Shown here piece by piece: positions 27,278-41,100 of a DNA stretch of 64,000 bases. Origin of the DNA: the human T2T-CHM13v2.0 reference genome, Homo sapiens. Made by a program: the position numbers and the translations under genes. How positions within the stretch are numbered: position 1 is the first letter of the stretch; each line of letters starts with the position of its first letter. The stretch lies in assembly GCF_009914755.1 (NCBI RefSeq), contig NC_060933.1. One strand, written 5' to 3'. Below the pieces are notes generated by a model. The model saw nothing but the letters and a program-made list of their open reading frames with translations, was not told the origin of the DNA and made no database searches.

Positions 27278-29344
27278 TTAGGGAAAAAGTGAAAGCCCAA
27301 GCTTGACCAAGTAAATCTTTTCAATACTAAGTCAAGAAAAAATTTTTTTCATCTTTGTTGAGAGAAAACCTGATTTGTTATTTGCTCACTCTACTGATTC
27401 CATTTCAATCTAAGTCATGGGGAACTCACCTGTAATTTGGTTACAGGTGTCTCCAGGATAATCGGATAGATACTGCATTCCAGGTATTAGGAATACCTCA
27501 GAGTAGCTCCTGACTTAAAACATTTTGATTAAAGCTATGAGAAAAAAAAAACAAGGGCATCTGCACACAGTAGTTTTGCACATAATGCCAAGGTACCCAT
27601 TAACTGGGCAACTCATCTGTGGCCCCTGGCATAAATCCCTACTCTAGGTATAAGCAGGGGTAGAAACGACCCAGAACTGCTCTCAGAGGGTGGACACAAT
27701 TCTAGGTCTTTAGTGTCAAGGTTGGGTTCCTATTGAAGCTAGAGACAGAATATCAAGTTTCTTGAGAATTAACCCAAGAATGCTTATTCCACTGGGAGAT
27801 ACATAAGAAGATTTTAATGAAGAAGAATCCATTTTAGATCTAGTCATAACTGACAAGAGGAAAATAAAAGCAGCTTTAGCATTTTTTGATCAAGCCCTTT
27901 GGAAGGAATTCCCTCCCTGTCTTCACTGTCTATCACACTTTTTGTTTAAGGGCACCTGTTTTCTACGGTGCTTTGCTGCTTTTTATATGGCATCACCTTA
28001 GTACATTGTAAGCTCTTTGAAAGCTGATTCTGTGTCTGATTCTTCTTTTTCTTTCTCATGGCACCTACAATTGTGCCTACATGGTGTAATTGCTGAGAAA
28101 ATATGCACATCAGGAGTGGCAACATGTTGGCTTTAATAATTAAAGGCATGGATTTTTCCCAAAACATCCGGGTTATTTCTTGAATTCACCATATCACATT
28201 ACTGAAATCTCTGAGAAGGTCAAACAGTTTATTTTTAAAGCAAGTTTTCTTCCACATTCTTTTCAGAGGACAGTTTTATTTCTCTTATTTCCTGCTTTCT
28301 AATACATGAACTGGCCTTTTGCATAAAGACTGGATGATTTTCATTGTTTCTAATAGAGCAGCAATATTAATCCACTGGCCAAGATACCAATGCATTTTTC
28401 TCCCAGATTTTCATATTTCTGACCATCCCTGATCTTGAAATATAGCTTGTATGTATTACACATAACCATATTTTACATATTTTATAATACAAGATTCCTG
28501 ATTGTACTGTGCCTTCTAAACTTGCTCCATGCACCACCTAATGAAATCGAGTGGCATACCTTTACCCACCTTGAAAGAACTGGTGCAAGCCAAGATTATT
28601 ACTCTCTATACCTCCGTCAGTCCTTGGATTTGTGGCCAGGCCTTTTACTCTCCATGCCTCGGAATATTTCAGTAGCTCTTCCTCCCTGCAACAGTGACAA
28701 TCAGCAGGTTTTCCATGTAAGAACTAGCAGCAGCAATTGTGTTTATCTCCTTGACTAAAAGGTTTTGTATTTATCTTCCCTGAGGTGGTGCCCATGTGGC
28801 TGTCCTGATATTGAGCAGCTGGACAGATTATACCCTGGAGCCACATCTGCAAACACATAGATCAACACCATTTTCATTGCCTTGGTGCCCAAGAAGTTTA
28901 TCTCCTGTCAGTTAGATTTACTGCTTTCTTCATGAATTCTTAAGGCTTTTGCTCCTCCCATGTTTCCTTTCCTTCTCCATTTTATCTGATTTCAAAGTAC
29001 ATTAGCATAATCTGATCTGGATTGTTAACAGCCGATTAGTTTGTTTTGGTTTCCTGCCATTATTAATACGTTTTTCCAATAGGGCTTCTGTAGAGGAATC
29101 TAGGATGGTAAAGAATATAACATTAACTATGTAGCATAGAACAAAACGACTTTATTGGTGTGTATATATCTAATAGTGCTGGTTTTATTTGCCACACCTA
29201 AGTGCATGGTAAAGACACTGCTTTAGACATTGTCTCACAGATCTAAATTTTGTTTACTGATGTTGCTTCAGCTGTTAAAACATAATCTCTCAAACTTGTG
29301 TTAATGCTTTTAAGTTTACAATATATTTTTAACTGATACTGTCT

Positions 29345-29500
29345 CCAATGATTCTCAACAGAGTCTTGCAAGGTAGGAGAGGCAGAAGAATGATTTTCAG
29401 CTTTACAGACAAGAATATCAAAGTTCAAAAAATCACAAAGTCAGCTATGAAGCCAAGACTCAGATCTGGGAAACCATGTTCACATTTCAATTTCTCCCCA
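29345..29500 (-). mobile_element. MIR/MIR3 SINE (decayed)
   Basis: gcaaggtagg...tttacagacaagaa...gaagccaagactcaga. Confidence 0.5.
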
Positions 29501-29739
29501 CTTTGCTTCAAAGCAACCTCCAAATAATCCTCCTTATGACTGTCAGTTTGACTTTCTCAGGCTTTCTCTCACCCGTCTCAATATCTGATGCCTTTTGCAT
29601 TTCCAAAATTCTATGATTTGCTGCCTGGATTATGACAAATGATGTAGAGGTTAATGCAAATTATCTCTTCATTTATCTAAACTGTTAGGTGAAGCCAAAA
29701 AAAAAAAAAGTGAGATAGTCCTTTGGACTATTGATTACT

Positions 29740-29923
29740 TCAATGGTTTTTCAATCCACACACACATTTGAATTACCTAAGGAACTTTAAAAATAAATAA
29801 TGATGTCTGGATCCAACCTCCAGAGATTCTGATTTAATTGCTCTAGGGTTGATGTCCAGACATGAGTATTTTTTTAAAGCTCCCCAGATAATTCTAATGT
29901 GCATCCAGTGTTCATAACCACTG
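29740..29923. mobile_element. MER5A/MER5B hAT DNA transposon
   Basis: caatggtttttcaa...cagagattctgatttaattg...aagctccccagataattctaatgtgca...aaccactg. Confidence 0.85.
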
Positions 29924-30071
29924 GGGAAATTTCTTCTCTTTACCCCCTTCTGTTTTCTTCTCTTTATCTTTCCCCACCAACTTTTGAAAAATGTTTTGGT
30001 TTCTCAAATACAATCAAAGTTCTGCATCTTGGCCAACATTAATGGTGTTACTCAAAAATTTAACATCTAAA

Positions 30072-30073
30072 TG

Positions 30074-30124
<51 letters not shown>
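30072..30124. repeat. (TG)n microsatellite, about 26 units with one CG interruption
   Basis: Direct observation. Confidence 0.98.
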
Positions 30125-30130
<6 letters not shown>

Positions 30131-30227
30131 GCTTTGGCTACCATGGGTGGAAAGGGGAAAATTATGGAGAAGGGTGTTGTAGAAAGAGATCATGGGCTAG
30201 AGACATCTGGTAGCATACATTTATAAT

Positions 30228-30722
30228 TACTAGAATGTAGACACCTCAAAGCCAGTGATTTGGTCTGTTTTGGTCATTGCTGTTTATCCAGCATGTTGAA
30301 AAATGTTTGGCACACAGTAGGCACTTAAATATTTACTAATGAGTATTTCCCCACATCTCCCTCAACCATGCTAATCCAGAGCTAAGTAGAACCCCATGAA
30401 GGTTCCCCATGCTAGGGGAATTCCAGTTTTGTCTCCACTTGGAATACTTGCCTGCCCATCTCTTCCCAAACTCTAAGTCCTGTCTTCCTTTAAGGACTAG
30501 CTTTAGTGAACTTTCTTTCACAAGCCTTTCTGGTTCTCTTTTGAACTGTTACAGGTGATTATTTATGTTTCACTCATTGCTGCTACTTCCCACTGCCTAT
30601 CTTGTGTATATTACAGTTTATGTGGATGTCTTTGCTTTTCTTCTAGACATAACCCATTTTATCTTTGCATCTCTTCTAGTACACATGGAAATCTCTCAGT
30701 TAATATTTGTTTGAATGAATGA
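30228..30722 (+). mobile_element. Two L2 3'-end fragments
   Basis: ctagaatgta...tggcacacagtaggcacttaaatattt; second ends aatatttgtttgaatgaatga. Confidence 0.65.
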
Positions 30723-30859
30723 CCATTGCTTCTGGTATGTGAAATTCCTACATTATACAATGATGAGGGTTTAAATAGCATTTCATAATGTTTGATTTTG
30801 TTTTATGCTTTGTATTTTTGAAACCCATATTATATATATGATATGTATGATATCATATC

Positions 30860-31030
30860 TGATTTGCTCCTCAACACAACCCTGGGGAATGAAACAGATG
30901 GACATTATTGTTGTAAATGAAAAGAAACTGAGGCATGAAAATGATATTAAGTGATCTACTCAAGGCCATGCCCTATCAAAGGCAGAATGGATGGAGTGGC
31001 TAAATTTCCAGCTCCATTTTTGCACACAGC
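30860..31030 (-). mobile_element. MIR SINE
   Basis: cctcaacacaaccctg...gaaactgaggca...taagtgatctactcaaggcca. Confidence 0.65.
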
Positions 31031-32759
31031 TTTGCTAGGGAACATTGTGTTTTCCCCAGCATGAGGTAAGCAAACTGACAATTTGCTTTTGTTTACTTCC
31101 AAAGTCCGCACCTCTCCAGCTCAGTTATAAAACCTAAGTCCTATGCTTTTAGACAGAATACAATTCAGTCAGATCAGTTCTTGTTTTTGTTGATAGCTTG
31201 TGCATCATGTTCTTATTTCAGTGTATTATGACTTATTTATTTTACTTTTCATGAAACCTTCAATTTGTTAATTAGATCAAAATAATGCCAGAAAGGGAGA
31301 TGCATGTTTGTGACAATTTGGATAGATAATAGCCAGGCTGTGAGAAGTACTGCATTCAAGAGAACTAGTAGAAAAGCAATGAGAACCAAGTGGTATGCAG
31401 CTTCCCAGCTGGTTTTCTCTGTATATCTTTTTTAAACATTTAAACTCTTGCCCTTGCCTATTCGGTAGTTTCTAATCACCCAATCAACAGCATGAACCTA
31501 GGGTGCAGAAATTCCATTTCTTCATATATTTTAGCCCAAAGGAATGATTATGAATCCATACTAAATGACACAATGTTTTATTTTTTCATAAATACATTAA
31601 ACATGCATCAATGAAAACAGCATTTTAATCATGTGAGCAGGACTTTATTGATTTATCCAAGATGGAATTAAGCAATATTTTTTGACAACACAAGGAGTAT
31701 AAATAGCTCCTCATAGTATGATTTAAATTTGATTATTACATAGTTTTAATCATAACTTGTGCACATTTTTCAAAAGTAGAAATAAAACATTGTCAAGTTC
31801 TCTGGAACAGAACAAAATTGTTTTTTGGTTTGTATTAGATGTAGTTACATTGAGAGTTGTGCTTGAGTGTATGTATGGTGTAATAAGGGATAAAGTAGCC
31901 TTGTGATACTTTTTTCATTTACATAAATACAGTTCAGGGAATATTACTAATGAAGTGGATGTGGGGGTCACCTAGCCACCTTAGGAAAAGGTTACTACTT
32001 TATTTTAAGTAGCCCATCAATCATTATGAATTAATGTCATACTGTAGGTGAAAGCACTAATAATAATAAATTCATTTTGTATTCATGAGGGTGTCAAATG
32101 TACACCCAAAGGAGTCCCGTGTCATTTGTCGATATGGAAAGAAAAATTAAAATATGACCTATTCACAATCTCTTTGCTATGGCTTATACCCAACTGCATG
32201 TTTTGGTGCTGATGGACACATAATGCATGTGGGGGAAAGCTGGGAACGTTCACTAACATTATTAAAAGTAGAATGAAATCTGGGTCAAGAACAAGGACCT
32301 GGGGCTGTGAGTTCACATTTTCATGTCCTCCAAGGAACTCCAGAGGGTCAAGGGGGTGCCGGAGGGCAGGGCTATGAGTGGAAATGTATGAGTCTACGAC
32401 AAAGCTGCCTTATTTAACTCACTACTTCCAAAATCTGTCCACCTGCCATTTGAGATAATATTACTACCACTTTACCCATTACAAAGGTGACGTAAGAAAC
32501 TTCTCTGAGTGGTTTGTAGGCATTCACAGTTTGGCTGGGCTTTGGATATTGTACAGGAAAATTTTTTTCTCCCTCTTCCTGTCTCCTCTGTTGAAAGTAT
32601 TGGAGAGAAGCTCCTCTTTTTTTCTCTTCTCATGGAATCCATTTCCATGGCAAATGGAGTGATAGAAATGCCAGATGGGTGAAACAGTAAGTGTCTAACA
32701 TACACTTAGAAATGTGTCTCTACTGGGTGGAACTAATGTGTTAATGGCTTGCTGACATT

Positions 32760-33000
32760 ATTGTTTTGATTATTGTTATTGCTGATATTGTTATCTCCAT
32801 TTTAAAAATGAGGAAACTTAAGTCACAAGTTGGCTAAGTAACTTATCTATGGTTATAAGTGGTGGCGTCAGAATTTGAAACAGTATTCTGTCTTTGTTAT
32901 CATAATTGTATCTGCTACATGGGATCGTTATGAAGATTAACTGAGGCTAGGAGTATATATTTATTAGCAGAGTGGTTAATTAATGTTAGCTAATATGATT
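32760..33000. mobile_element. MIR fragments in opposite orientations
   Basis: ctccattttaaaaatgaggaaact...aagtaactt (-); then gttatgaagattaa...taatgttagctaat (+). Confidence 0.55.
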
Positions 33001-34567
33001 AATTGCATGGTTTGGGGTGAGTACTCCTCCAACCTCAAGAGACTGAGTTTTTAATCTGGAAAAAGGGAAAGACATTGGACTTAAGCTCCTTTTCAGTTTG
33101 CTCTGATTGGTTCTGGCACCAAGGTAGCAAATAGTGTCATACTCAGAGATCCACATCTTCTCAAGAAGTATCTAATGCCATTATTGCTCAGATATTTTTG
33201 TGTCTTGTGACATTCAAGTCCCATGTCCAGAGCTAAACAATTCTCTGTATTTCCAAAACTCCTCAGACGTGTCAAATGGAGACTGCTGATGCTGCTCTGT
33301 GGCTTCTGAGCCCCAGAGGACTTCACATCTCACAAAATTTCCCTATTTTTGGTACCAGAGAAGAAACTCTTGTACAGACAGCATTTTCACCTTGGACCCA
33401 AATGGATGATTTTAAGCACCATGGAACTCATTTCTCTCATCTTATCACACTTTCTCTTTCTTTCCACCAACAACTCTCTTTGATGAAATAAAGACATACT
33501 TGTATCAGAAGAGCAGGACTCAGAAACAATGGAACTTCAGAACTTCACTCTGCTAATCCTAGAAATCTTTTAATGCTCACTCTGTTTCCAGAGATTTAAT
33601 AGCAAAGAACTAACCTAAGGCAGTCCATGCACAAAAGTTCATTTCTCTAGCAAAAATGTACTATGAAGTATTAGATCAAATGAGAGGAAGTAGGGCTCAA
33701 AGCACTTGTCAAATGGCTGGAAATATGATTATTAGTTCTTTTTATATCTAAGCTTTGCCACTGAAATTTCTAACAGGCTTTGGTCAAGATATGTGTTCAT
33801 GCTGCTACTAACCAGGTAGAAATGACTTTTACTCACATTTATGGGTATTCAAATATCATTTTATATCCAATTGACTTTCTTGGTTTAGTCTATACCTAAT
33901 AATTTAAATCTTAATCATATTCTGAGTTGTATTATATTATTGTATGGTATTCTAGATTACAAGTTTTTACAAAGTAAGGCTTATGTGTTAATTTAAAAAG
34001 TGATATACTGTGATGGAAAGAATGCTGAAATATATCTCAGTAACAGTATAAATGTTTTGAAATGGGGAATGAACTTCATCAGTAAGTAACATATTGCAGG
34101 GAGTTTTAAATGACATCAAGATTTCTATCTGGGGAGATAGAACATTTTTTGAATTTTTTTTGAGGGATGCAGGCACTGCTCTTGATAAAATAATATACTC
34201 ACCATATTGCTTATCCTATTTAAATATGTAAATGTTGATCAGTGAGGATGCTGGTGAGGAAGGTTCTGTAAGCAGCTTCATATATTTATGAAAAGGAGGT
34301 GAAGTCAAGATAAATGAGATATTTTATTGAGGCCAATGGGTAGACTTCTTAGCCTGGTACAAGCAAAGAACAATTTATATAAAACTTCCCTTTTATTTAT
34401 TTAATATAAGTGGCATCTTTATCTGCAAATTACAATAATTAGATTGTTTTGTAAAAACATTCTTCATAAAGCATTCATTTAAAGCATAAATGTTGCATTA
34501 GATTACTGTTTCTTTTTTAAAAAAAATACATCAGAGTGTCAGTTCTTGCCTTAGATGTTAATATAGT

Positions 34568-34765
34568 ACCAGTCAGGACACTGAAAGACAAAAAATAACA
34601 TGCTCAATGGATTTAACTGAAGATATTTTAATGAAGACAGTATTTCAGAGGTATGGGCAGAATTCAAATAATCAGCAACAGATAGTGGAGCATCCTGAGA
34701 CCAGCAACAGTGGAAAACCATTACTACCTCTAGGCCTGAATGGGCAAATGGAAGAAAGGTTGCAG
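34568..34765 (-). mobile_element. Ancient LTR fragment (LTR78-like)
   Basis: gtaccagtcagg...tttaatgaagacagtatttcagaggtatgggcag...agcaacagtggaaaaccattactacctctaggcctgaa. Confidence 0.5.
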
Positions 34766-34799
34766 AATTAAAAATACATGATAATATCAAAGAAAGTGG

Positions 34800-35525
34800 C
34801 AAAGCAACAAAGAAGAATTGAAGTGTTCTGAGGTCCTAACTTTGGCTGGGAACTGGAAAAATTAATAATTTGTATTAAACTGCCAAAAATCGAAGGTATA
34901 TGTTATAATATCTAGGGAAACTACTAGAAGTACCTTGAAAGATTATATCATTAATTAGCTAATTGAAAGGGGAAGGGAATAATAAAAATACAGACTAATT
35001 CAGTAGAGGAGAAGCAAGGAGATAATACTAGCTGGGACAAATAAAAAACAAATAATAAGATGATAGATATTAACCCCAACACATTTTTAATTACATTAAA
35101 TGTAATGAAAATATTTTCAAACTGCATGAAAACCCATTAGCTTACCAAAATCATACCTTAAATATAATCACTGTATAATGGAAAATAAAAGAATGGAAGG
35201 ACATATTGCATGCAAACAATAACTAAAAGAAAGTGTAACTGCCCAAACCTTATATGATAATATAAGGTAGATTCTAAGACAAGAAGCATTATTACAGTTA
35301 AGGAGAGACATTTGATGTAGATAAAAGTTTAATCCATCAGGAAGATAGAATTCTAAATGTATATGCACCTAATAACATGGTGTCAAAATATATAAAGCAA
35401 GAAAAGACAGAACTAAAAAGAAAGATAAATCCACAGTTACAGGGAAAAACTTTAACAGACTTCTCTCACAAATGAATAAAATAAGCAGATAAAAATTAGT
35501 AATGATATTGAAAATTTTAACAATT
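34800..35525 (+). mobile_element. Old L1M (L1ME-like) fragment spanning the ORF2 endonuclease start
   Basis: aattacattaaatgtaatg; aattctaaatgtatatgcacctaataaca (ILNVYAPN motif). Confidence 0.75.
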
Positions 35526-35832
35526 TCCAATTATTATTGGTTCTTCCCTCTAGGTAATCAATATAAAAATGCTTTTTAGTATTTTGACCTAAATATCATG
35601 AGTAAAATATAAATCTTGGGATGTTTTTATAGGAAATCCTTTTAGCATAACTTTGGAGTTTTCCATTTAAATAAACCAGACCATTAAAATGCTTCATATT
35701 GAAGTTTTCCTTGATATAACCTTTTAGATAGCCTAAATTTTAAGAAATAGAAGTGAAAATTCTTGTCTCTAAAGGAGACAAGTATCATATTTCCACCACC
35801 ATAAAAAAAAAAAAAAAAAAACAGCTGCAGCT

Positions 35833-36187
<355 letters not shown>

Positions 36188-37554
36188 CTATATACTATCA
36201 CTATATTGTGTGGCACATATAGCTACTGATTATCTCACTTATAATTTGTGTTTATCTGAGTTTTGATGATACATATGATATGGTAATTAACACTGTGAAA
36301 GTAATACCTTTAAATGGTTCTGGATTTGAAATATTTTTGCTGTTGGACTATTTTTGTTTTTATTATTTTATTTATTGTTATTATTATTATACCTCCTACA
36401 TAACAGATGAAGTGTCAGGAAAGCACAAATTTGGGCTTAATGGCAGGAAATACATTCTTTATTAAGGAATATATTTAAAATTAGTGGCAATTAGAGTGAG
36501 TCATATGTGTTGCAAGTTCAATTCTGAAATAACTCCTAACCTTGGTTTTATGACATCCTAGCACATTTCCATTAGCTCAAGGAGTAAGACCTATTTCAAA
36601 GATTCTGAAAGATAATTTATGTAAACTTATTTTAATTGAATAAATACCATTCAGCACATTTATGGTAGCTGACACAAGAGGAGAGGCTTATGAATTTTAG
36701 AAACAAAAACGGTTTAATAAAATAGTAAAATATACATCATTACAAACTAAGGAAAAATAATGGACTTGTCCTCCTTATCCTTCCAGAATGCTTCCTTTCG
36801 TTTCTGAATATAATATAAAGAAATGCTTAATACATTATCTTTCAATATAATTAAGTCTGCCTGGGGGCAAAGGAGGTTTGCATTCTGAATAAGTCTATGA
36901 TTGAGGGATACATTTACTTGATAATAAATCCAAGATTGTGATTCAAAGGAAATTAGAGATCTCAAAGTATGAAATATTCCTCTTATTAGAAGAAAAAGAG
37001 AATGTCACTTTACAAAATTATCAGTCATTTTGCAGAGAATAAGTTGGTCTCCATAATACAAAATAAATTTATTATTTGGTTAGCTAATTTTAAACCACAA
37101 GAATAAATTCTCTCATTGATGTGGCTGGAATTTATCCAGACATTTGATTGATTCTTTATTCAAATGTGTATGTATTTAAAGGTATTCAAATATGCTTTTA
37201 TGGTTTTTGAAAACTCAAATATCTATTATCCCTTAAATATTTCTGAGTAAATAATACATTCTGTAGCTTTCATAATTAAACATCTATCCATATTTAACTG
37301 GCAGTTTTCTTCTTTGCTATCTGAACTACATACTATTGAGCTTATGTATATACAAACTGTAGGAAAAAATAAATACGTATAATTAACAATTCTATTAATA
37401 GAATTAATGCCAATTTTCTAATACTCTGGTGAGTAAAATATAATAAATCTTACTTTTTTGTTGTTTTTATGCAATTGTTTTCAAAAAGCCCATAATGCTA
37501 AAAGTTACAAAACAACAAAAGCAGCACTTTAAGTTTCTTAGAGATTAGCTAAGT

Positions 37555-37772
37555 TGGGGTGAGTAAACTTTTTCTGTAAACGGCTTGATAGTAATTATAT
37601 TTCACTTGGCAGGCCATATAGTTTCTGTTGCAGCTACTCAAATCTGTCATTTTAGCCTGTGAGCATCCATGAACAATACATAAGTGAATGGACAGGACTG
37701 TGTTTCAATAAAACTTTGAGAAAATAGGCAGTGGGTTGTTTTGGCCTATGTGTAATAGTTTGCCAACCCCTG
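37555..37772 (+). mobile_element. MER58A (hAT-Charlie) DNA transposon
   Basis: aaactttttctgtaaa...ggactgtgtttcaataaaacttt...tagtttgccaacccctg. Confidence 0.85.
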
Positions 37773-37789
37773 AAAGTCAGCAATACCTG

Positions 37790-38197
37790 GACAGTACTCA
37801 TTGATTACTTATTACTGTATGCCATGCCCTGTGCTGGGCAGTGGAGGTAAAGAAATATATCAGAGTTAGTTTCTGCCCTCAAGGAGCTTTCAGATTACAT
37901 GTAAATAAGTGTAGTATATTGTTTGAAGTAGGATGGCAGCTATACAGATCATGGGGTTGGAAGAAAATATGATTAATTAATGAACACAGAGAAAATTTCT
38001 TTAGGCACCTAAGAGGAGGAATTGCACTTTGAGGAGGGGAAATTGTGAGCAAGTTACAGAGGCATGAAAGAGTTTGACAAGTTTGAAAACTGAATGATGA
38101 CTTAGTATGGTTGGAGCATAGTATGAATAGCCCGTAATAAGAAAAAAGGGTAGAAAGATTGGTCATCTGCAGGATCCTTGAGAAAGTCATGCTAAGG
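37790..38197 (-). mobile_element. L2 LINE (left part; continues at about 42951-43175 after the L1 insertion)
   Basis: tactgtatgcca.gccctgtgctgggca...ctgccctcaaggagctt; resumes gctaagga.t.tggatttt after the L1. Confidence 0.75.
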
Positions 38198-41100
38198 CAC
38201 CCCTTCTGCCAAGTGACAGCCAGAGTGCTTTGTTAAGCAGATCCCTGATCCCGTGTCTCCTGACTGGGTGAGATCCCCCAACCGGAGTCACCAGACACCT
38301 TATACAGGAGCGTTCCTGCCAGCATCAGGTTGGTATCCTTCTGGGAGGGAGCTCCCAGAGTAAGGATTAGGCAGCCATCTTTGCTGTTCTGCAGCCTCCA
38401 CTGGTGACACCTCCGGGGGCAAGAGGGACCCAGGTGACTAAGGTCTGGAGGGGACTTCCAGCAAACCACACCAGCCTTAGGGAAGAGAGGCCTGTTAAAA
38501 GAAAAACAAACAGCAACAACAGCAGCATTAACAAAAAAGTCCCCACAAAAACCCATCCAGAGGTCAGCAGCCTCAAAGATCAAAGCTAGATAAACTCAGG
38601 AAGATGAGAAAGAATCAACAAAAAAACGCCGAAAAATCAAAAAGCCAGAGTGCCTCTTCCCCTCCAAATGATTGCAACACCTCTCCAGCAAGGGCACAGA
38701 ACTGGGCTTAGGCTGAGATGGATGAAATGACAGAGGTAGACCTCAGAAGATGGGTGATAAAAAACTCTGGTGAGCCAAAGGAGCCTGTTCTAACCCAATG
38801 CAAAGAAGCTAAGAACAATAATAAGACATTACAGGAGCTGTTAACCAGAATAACCAGTTTAGAGAGGAACATAAATGACCTAATGGAGTTGAAAAATACA
38901 ACACAAGAACTTCACAATACAACTACAAGTATCAATAGCCAAATAGACCAAGTGGAGGAAAGAATTTCAGAGATTGAAGACTATCTTGCTGAAATAAGAC
39001 AGGCAGACAAGATTAGGGAAAAAAGAATGAAAAGGAATGAAGAAAACCTCTCTGAACTATGGGATTATGTAAAAAGACTGAACCTACAACTGATTGGAGT
39101 ACCTGAAAGAGGAGAACCAAACCAAGTTGGCAAACACTCTTCAGGATATCATCCAGGAGTACTTTTCCAACCTAACAAGATAGGCCAACATTCAAATTCG
39201 GGAAATTCAGAGAATCCTATTAAGATATTCCATGAGAAGATCAACCCCAAGACACATGATCGTCAGATCCTCCAATGTTGAAATGAAGGAAAACATTATA
39301 AGGACAGCGAGAAAGAAAGGCCAGGTCACCTACAAAGTGAAGTCCATCAGAATAACAGTGGACCTAACAGAATCTCATATCTGGCCAAACTAAGCTTCAT
39401 AAGTGAAGGAAAAATAAAATCTTTTTCAGTCAAGCAAATGCCGAGGGAATTCATCACCACCAGGCCTGCCTTGAAAGAGCTCCTGAAGGAAGCACTAAAT
39501 ATGGAAAGGAAAAACCATTGCCAGCCACTACAAAAACACACTGAAGTACACAGACCAATGACACTATGAAGCAACAACATTAAGTCTGCAAAATAACCAG
39601 CTAGCATTGTGATGACAGGATCAAATTCACGCGTAATAATATTAACCTTAAATGTAAATGGCCTAAATGCCCCCATTAAAAGACACAGAATGGCAAGCTA
39701 GATGAATACAGCACATTGGTGTCCTGAATTCAAGAGACCCATTTCATGTACAAAGACACACACAGGCTCAAAATAAAGGGATGGAGGAAAATCTACCAAG
39801 CAAACAGGAAGCAGAAAAAACCAGGGGTTGCAGTTCTAGTTTCTGGCAAAACAGACATTAAACCAACAAAGATCAAAAAAGAAAAAGAAGGACATTACAT
39901 GATGGCAAAGGGTTCAATTCAACAAGAAGAACTAACTGCCCTAAATATATGTGCACTCAATACAGGAGCACTCAGATTCATAAAACAAGTTCTTAGAGAC
40001 CTACAAAGAGACTTAGTCTCCCACACAATAATAGTGGGAGACCTTAACACCTCACTGTCAATTAGACAGATCATGGAGACAGATAATTAACCAAGATATT
40101 TAGAACTTGAACTCAGCTCTGGATCAAGTAGACTTGATAGATATCTAGAGAACTCTCCACCCAAAAACAACAGAATATACCTTCTTCTTGGCGCCACATG
40201 ATGCTCTAAAATTGATCACATGATTGGAAGTAAAACATTCCTCCACAAATTCAAAAGAACTGAAATCATAACAGTCTCTTGTACCACAGCCCAATCAAAT
40301 TAGAACTCAAGACTAAGAAACTCACTCAAAACCACACAACTACATGGAAATTGAACAACCTGCTCCTGAATTACTCCTGGGTAAATAACGAAATTAAGGC
40401 AGAAATGAAGATTTTTTTTTAAAACCAATGAGAACAAAGAGACAATGTACCAGAATCTCTGAGATACAACTAAAGCAGTGTTAAAAGTCAAATTTATAGC
40501 ACTACATACCCACATAATAAAGCTAGAAAGATCTCAGATCAGCATCCTAACATCACAACTAAAAGAACTAGAGAATCATGAGCAAACAAACCCCAAAGCT
40601 AGCAGAAGACAAGAAATAATCAAGATCAGAACAGAACTGAAGAAGACACAGACACAAAAAGCTCTTCAAAATATCAACAAATCCAGGAGGTGATTTTCTG
40701 AAAAAAATGAATAAAAGAGATAGACAACTAGCTAGATTAATAAAGAAAAAAAAGAAGAATCAATAGACACAATCAGGAATGATAAAGAGGATATCACCAC
40801 TGACCCCACAGAAATACAAAAAACTATCAGAGAATACTATAAACACCTCTGTGCAAATAAACTAGAAAGCCTAGACGAAATGGATAAATTCTTGGACACA
40901 TACAATCTCCCAAGACTGAACCAGGAAGAAGTTGAACTGGTCATTATTGAATAGACTAATAAAGAGTTCTGAAGTTGAGGCAGTAATAGCCTACCAATCA
41001 AGAAAAGCCCAGAATCAGACAGATTTGCAGCTGAATTTTACCAGAGGTACAAAGTGGAGCTGGTGCCATTTCTTCTGAAACTATTACAAACAATTGAGAA

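Noticed and set aside
29991-30182. Cys-Val repeat ORF
   Set aside because: Translation artefact of the (TG)n microsatellite.
38718-39281. 187-aa ORF as a domesticated coiled-coil gene
   Set aside because: L1 ORF1p fragment that runs out of frame; no sign of selection.
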